Shown here: positions 61,327 through 64,000 of the stretch, piece after piece
Layout: the number at the start of each line of letters is the position of its first letter
Numbering within the stretch: the first letter of the stretch is position 1
Source of the DNA: Gammaproteobacteria bacterium
GTDB taxonomy: Bacteria; Pseudomonadota; Gammaproteobacteria; Ga0077536
Direction of reading: 5' to 3'
DNA: 64,000 nt
NCBI GenBank assembly: GCA_963662545.2
Contig: CAXXLL010000002.1
Span: 1,184,001-1,248,000 of the forward strand
Notes under the pieces: model-generated
The model's input: the letters and a program-made list of their open reading frames with translations, nothing else
What the model was told of the DNA's origin: nothing
Databases searched by the model: none
Translations under genes and position numbers: made by a program

Positions 61327-63242
61327 TCATCACGACCGCTGGACACGTCGACCATGGCAAGACGCTGCTGGTCAAGGCGCTGACTGGCGTCGATACCGAT
61401 CGCCTCCCCGAAGAAAAGAAGCGCGGGTTGACGATCGAACTCGGCTTTGCCTATCGCGATCTCGGCGATGGCGAGACCACCGGCTTTATCGACGTGCCCG
61501 GCCACGAGCGGTTCATTCGTACCATGGTGGCGGGCGTTAGCGGGATCGACGTCGTGCTCTTCGTCATCGCGGCCGACGACGGTCCCATGCCGCAGACGGC
61601 CGAGCACCTGGCGATCCTCGATCTGCTGGATGTCCGCCGGGGTGTTGTCGCGCTAAGCAAGATCGATCGAGTGGATAGCGAACGCGTCGACGAGGTGTCT
61701 GATGCGATGCGCGAGATGATGGAGCCCACAGGACTTGCCGGGAGTCCCATCGTGCCGGTGTCTGCGATGAAGGGTACGGGCGTAGATGCATTGCGCGCGG
61801 CGATCCTCGATCTCAAAAAGGATCTACCGGCGCGTTCCCAGGACGGCAATTTTCGGCTGGCCATCGATCGCAGTTTCCTGCTCAAGGGCACGGGACGCGT
61901 AGTTACGGGCACGGTTTTTTCGGGCAAGCTCAGCGTGGGTGGATCGGTCCACCACGTACCGAGCGGCGGCGAGCTCAGGGTGCGCGCCATCCACGCGCAG
62001 AACAGTGATGCCGATGCGGCCCTCAACGGGCAGCGTTGTGCGCTCAACATCACGGGAGCCGGGTTGCGCGAGGCGGAGATCCATCGCGGCGACTGGATCG
62101 TGGCGGCGGGCGCCGCGTTCGCGACCAAACGTTTCGACGCGAACATCCACGTGCTCGAAAGTGAAGCGCGCGCGTTGCGCAATCGTACGCCCGTGCACGT
62201 TCACGTAGGCGCGACCGATACCATTGGCCGCGTCGTCACCTTGGACGGCAATGCCATACAAGCGGGCGGAGAAGGGCGGGTGCAGATCATGCTCGAGCGC
62301 GAGATCCACGCCGTGCGCGGCGATGCCGTTATTCTCCGCGACCAGTCCGCGCGCCGCACGATGGGCGGCGGCCGCGTCCTCGACCCGCTCCCGATCGTGC
62401 GGGGACGCACGCGCGCCGTGCGCATGGCCTATCTCGATGCGATGGCGTTGGAGAATGCCGGCGCTGCTGCCCGGCGCAGCCTCGATTGCCTGCCGGAAGG
62501 CATCGAACTCGAGCGGTTCGCGCATTCATGGAACCTGACGGCCGGGCAGGCGGGCGAACTCTTCGACGGGTTGCCGATGATGTCAATCAGGTCGTCCGCC
62601 GGCACCGTCGGCATACCGGCTGAGCGGTGGCAATCCTTGAAGTCCGGCGTGCTGGACGCGCTGCAAGCCATGCATGAGGAAGCGCCCGATCACAAGGGCG
62701 CGACCGAAGCCTCGCTCGCCCGGGCACTGCCAATGCCGCCTTCCGCGGACCTCTTGAACGCTGTCCTCGCCGAGTTGATCGAAGACCGCGCGATCGTGCG
62801 CGAAGCCGGCGCGTTCCGCCTGCCAGGCTATACGCCGACGCGCTCGCCGCAGGACGAAGCGCTGTGGCAACGGATTCATCCTCTGCTCGATCCATCTGAC
62901 CTGAAGGTGCCGGTGGTGCACGACATGCTGGATTCGCTGGGCATGAAGTTCGAAGACTTGCGGGACTTTCTCGACCGCTCCGCGCAGCAGGCTTACCTGG
63001 TCAAGGTGAACGCCAAGCGCTATTTTCTACCGGCGACGATGAAACGCCTGGTGGCGATCGTTCGTGATCTCGTGCAGGCTAATCCTGATGGCGTGTTCAG
63101 TGTTGCCGACTACCGCAACCTGTCGGGGATCGGGCGTAACGCCGTGGTCGATATCCTCGAATACTTCGATCGCATCGGGTACACGCGCCGGCACGGACCG
63201 GTGAGAAAAATACTCGATCCTTCGCGCGTCGACGGCGGTTGA
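61323..63242 (+). CDS. selB: Selenocysteine-specific elongation factor
   Basis: [34 protein letters not shown] and C-terminal winged helix [12 protein letters not shown]; ATGA overlap with selA. Confidence 0.97.
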   Translation: MIITTAGHVDHGKTLLVKALTGVDTDRLPEEKKRGLTIELGFAYRDLGDGETTGFIDVPGHERFIRTMVAGVSGIDVVLFVIAADDGPMPQTAEHLAILDLLDVRRGVVALSKIDRVDSERVDEVSDAMREMMEPTGLAGSPIVPVSAMKGTGVDALRAAILDLKKDLPARSQDGNFRLAIDRSFLLKGTGRVVTGTVFSGKLSVGGSVHHVPSGGELRVRAIHAQNSDADAALNGQRCALNITGAGLREAEIHRGDWIVAAGAAFATKRFDANIHVLESEARALRNRTPVHVHVGATDTIGRVVTLDGNAIQAGGEGRVQIMLEREIHAVRGDAVILRDQSARRTMGGGRVLDPLPIVRGRTRAVRMAYLDAMALENAGAAARRSLDCLPEGIELERFAHSWNLTAGQAGELFDGLPMMSIRSSAGTVGIPAERWQSLKSGVLDALQAMHEEAPDHKGATEASLARALPMPPSADLLNAVLAELIEDRAIVREAGAFRLPGYTPTRSPQDEALWQRIHPLLDPSDLKVPVVHDMLDSLGMKFEDLRDFLDRSAQQAYLVKVNAKRYFLPATMKRLVAIVRDLVQANPDGVFSVADYRNLSGIGRNAVVDILEYFDRIGYTRRHGPVRKILDPSRVDGG

Positions 63243-63290
63243 ACGGCTGCCGATGCCCGGCGTCGCCTTGAGCACCCTTGGGGAGAACGA

Positions 63291-64000
63291 ATGAGTCGGA
63301 CTATTTCGGTAGATACCACAGCCGGACCGGTCGCGGGCACCTGTGATACGCGCTTCGCAGCGGTATCGGAAACCTTCATCGAAAACTTCGAAAAGCGCGA
63401 CGAGATCGGCGCCAGTGTTTCGATCACCCTCGACGACCGGAAGGTGGTCGATCTGTGGGGCGGCCGGAAGACCCCGGACGGGGACCCCTGGCAGGAAGAC
63501 ACGGTGTGTACTGTGTTTTCATCGACCAAGGGCGCGATGTCGCTCTGCGCACACCTGCTGGCGGATCGCGGCGTGCTCGATCTCGACGCCCCGGTGACCG
63601 ATTACTGGCCCGAGTTCGCGGCCGGCGGCAAGGAAGGCACGCTGGTGTCGATGACGCTCGATCACAGCGCGGGCGTCCCGCACTTGCGAGAGCCCGTGCG
63701 CGCAGGCGGTTTCTACGACTACGCTTATATGGTCGAGCGCGTAGCCAACGAGTCGGCTTTTTGGACGCCCGGTACGCGCATCGGCTACCACGGCTTTACG
63801 ATGGCGTGGACCGTGGGAGAGGTCATTCACCGCGCGGCTAAAGAGCGCCTGGGCGCGTTTTTCCAAGAGCAACTTGCGGGTCCCCTCGGCCTCGAATTCT
63901 GGATCGGCTTGCCGGCTGTCTTCGAATCCCGGGTGGCACCGATGATTCAGGCCGAGCCGGACGAGCCCTGGATGGCGACGCGCTTCATCCAGGCAGCGCT
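63291..64000 (+). CDS. Serine hydrolase (beta-lactamase class C/EstA-like esterase), runs off window end
   Basis: Manual translation: VVDLWGG, VFSSTKG (SxxK), YWPEF and GYHG motifs; GGGAG RBS. Confidence 0.85.
   Translation, partial: MSRTISVDTTAGPVAGTCDTRFAAVSETFIENFEKRDEIGASVSITLDDRKVVDLWGGRKTPDGDPWQEDTVCTVFSSTKGAMSLCAHLLADRGVLDLDAPVTDYWPEFAAGGKEGTLVSMTLDHSAGVPHLREPVRAGGFYDYAYMVERVANESAFWTPGTRIGYHGFTMAWTVGEVIHRAAKERLGAFFQEQLAGPLGLEFWIGLPAVFESRVAPMIQAEPDEPWMATRFIQAA

Noticed and set aside
1136-62525. Many long antisense or alternate-frame ORFs in the track (e.g. 1136-2011, 11555-12511, 42598-43740, 60717-61607)
   Set aside because: They are shadows of well-supported genes in GC-rich DNA with no recognisable motifs
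59839-63290. selC (tRNA-Sec) or selD near selAB
   Set aside because: The intergenic gaps are too short and I recognised no tRNA cloverleaf or SelD ORF anywhere in the window

Overview
This is a GC-rich (roughly 60%), probably gammaproteobacterial chromosomal segment dense in catabolic and redox enzymes. They include LLM/NtaA monooxygenases, a Rieske oxygenase, a Co-type nitrile hydratase with amidase, two P450s, hydantoinase/oxoprolinase A+B, a BVMO, a three-subunit Mo-hydroxylase and a fused acyl-CoA dehydrogenase. There are also four exosortase-type (PEP/VPLPA-CTERM) surface proteins. The strongest hidden signal is selenocysteine recoding. selA-selB sit at 59.9-63.2 kb, and four genes that the ORF track splits or truncates at an in-frame TGA read through as selenoproteins, each with a 7-bp SECIS-like hairpin just 3' of the TGA. 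They are an ArsC-like UxxC protein (13.5-13.9 kb), a Sec glutathione peroxidase head-to-head with a PrdB/GrdB-like UxxC protein (34.5-36.1 kb), and an AhpD-like CxxU protein directly upstream of selA. A second notable locus (47.4-51.6 kb) is a RAYT-like HUH/Y1 transposase bounded by about 33-bp terminal inverted repeats, with stuttered ends, a MITE-like derivative, a truncated duplicate enclosing higBA, an IS91/ISCR remnant and a local duplication. Also present are a complete IS with a 6-bp TSD, GTAG-type REP doublets, a lone ORF between two 70-bp GTCCGC...GCGGAC sites (one hit by a MITE), and two interrupted genes (one TAG, one C7 frameshift). All family assignments come from motif recognition by eye; no searches were run.
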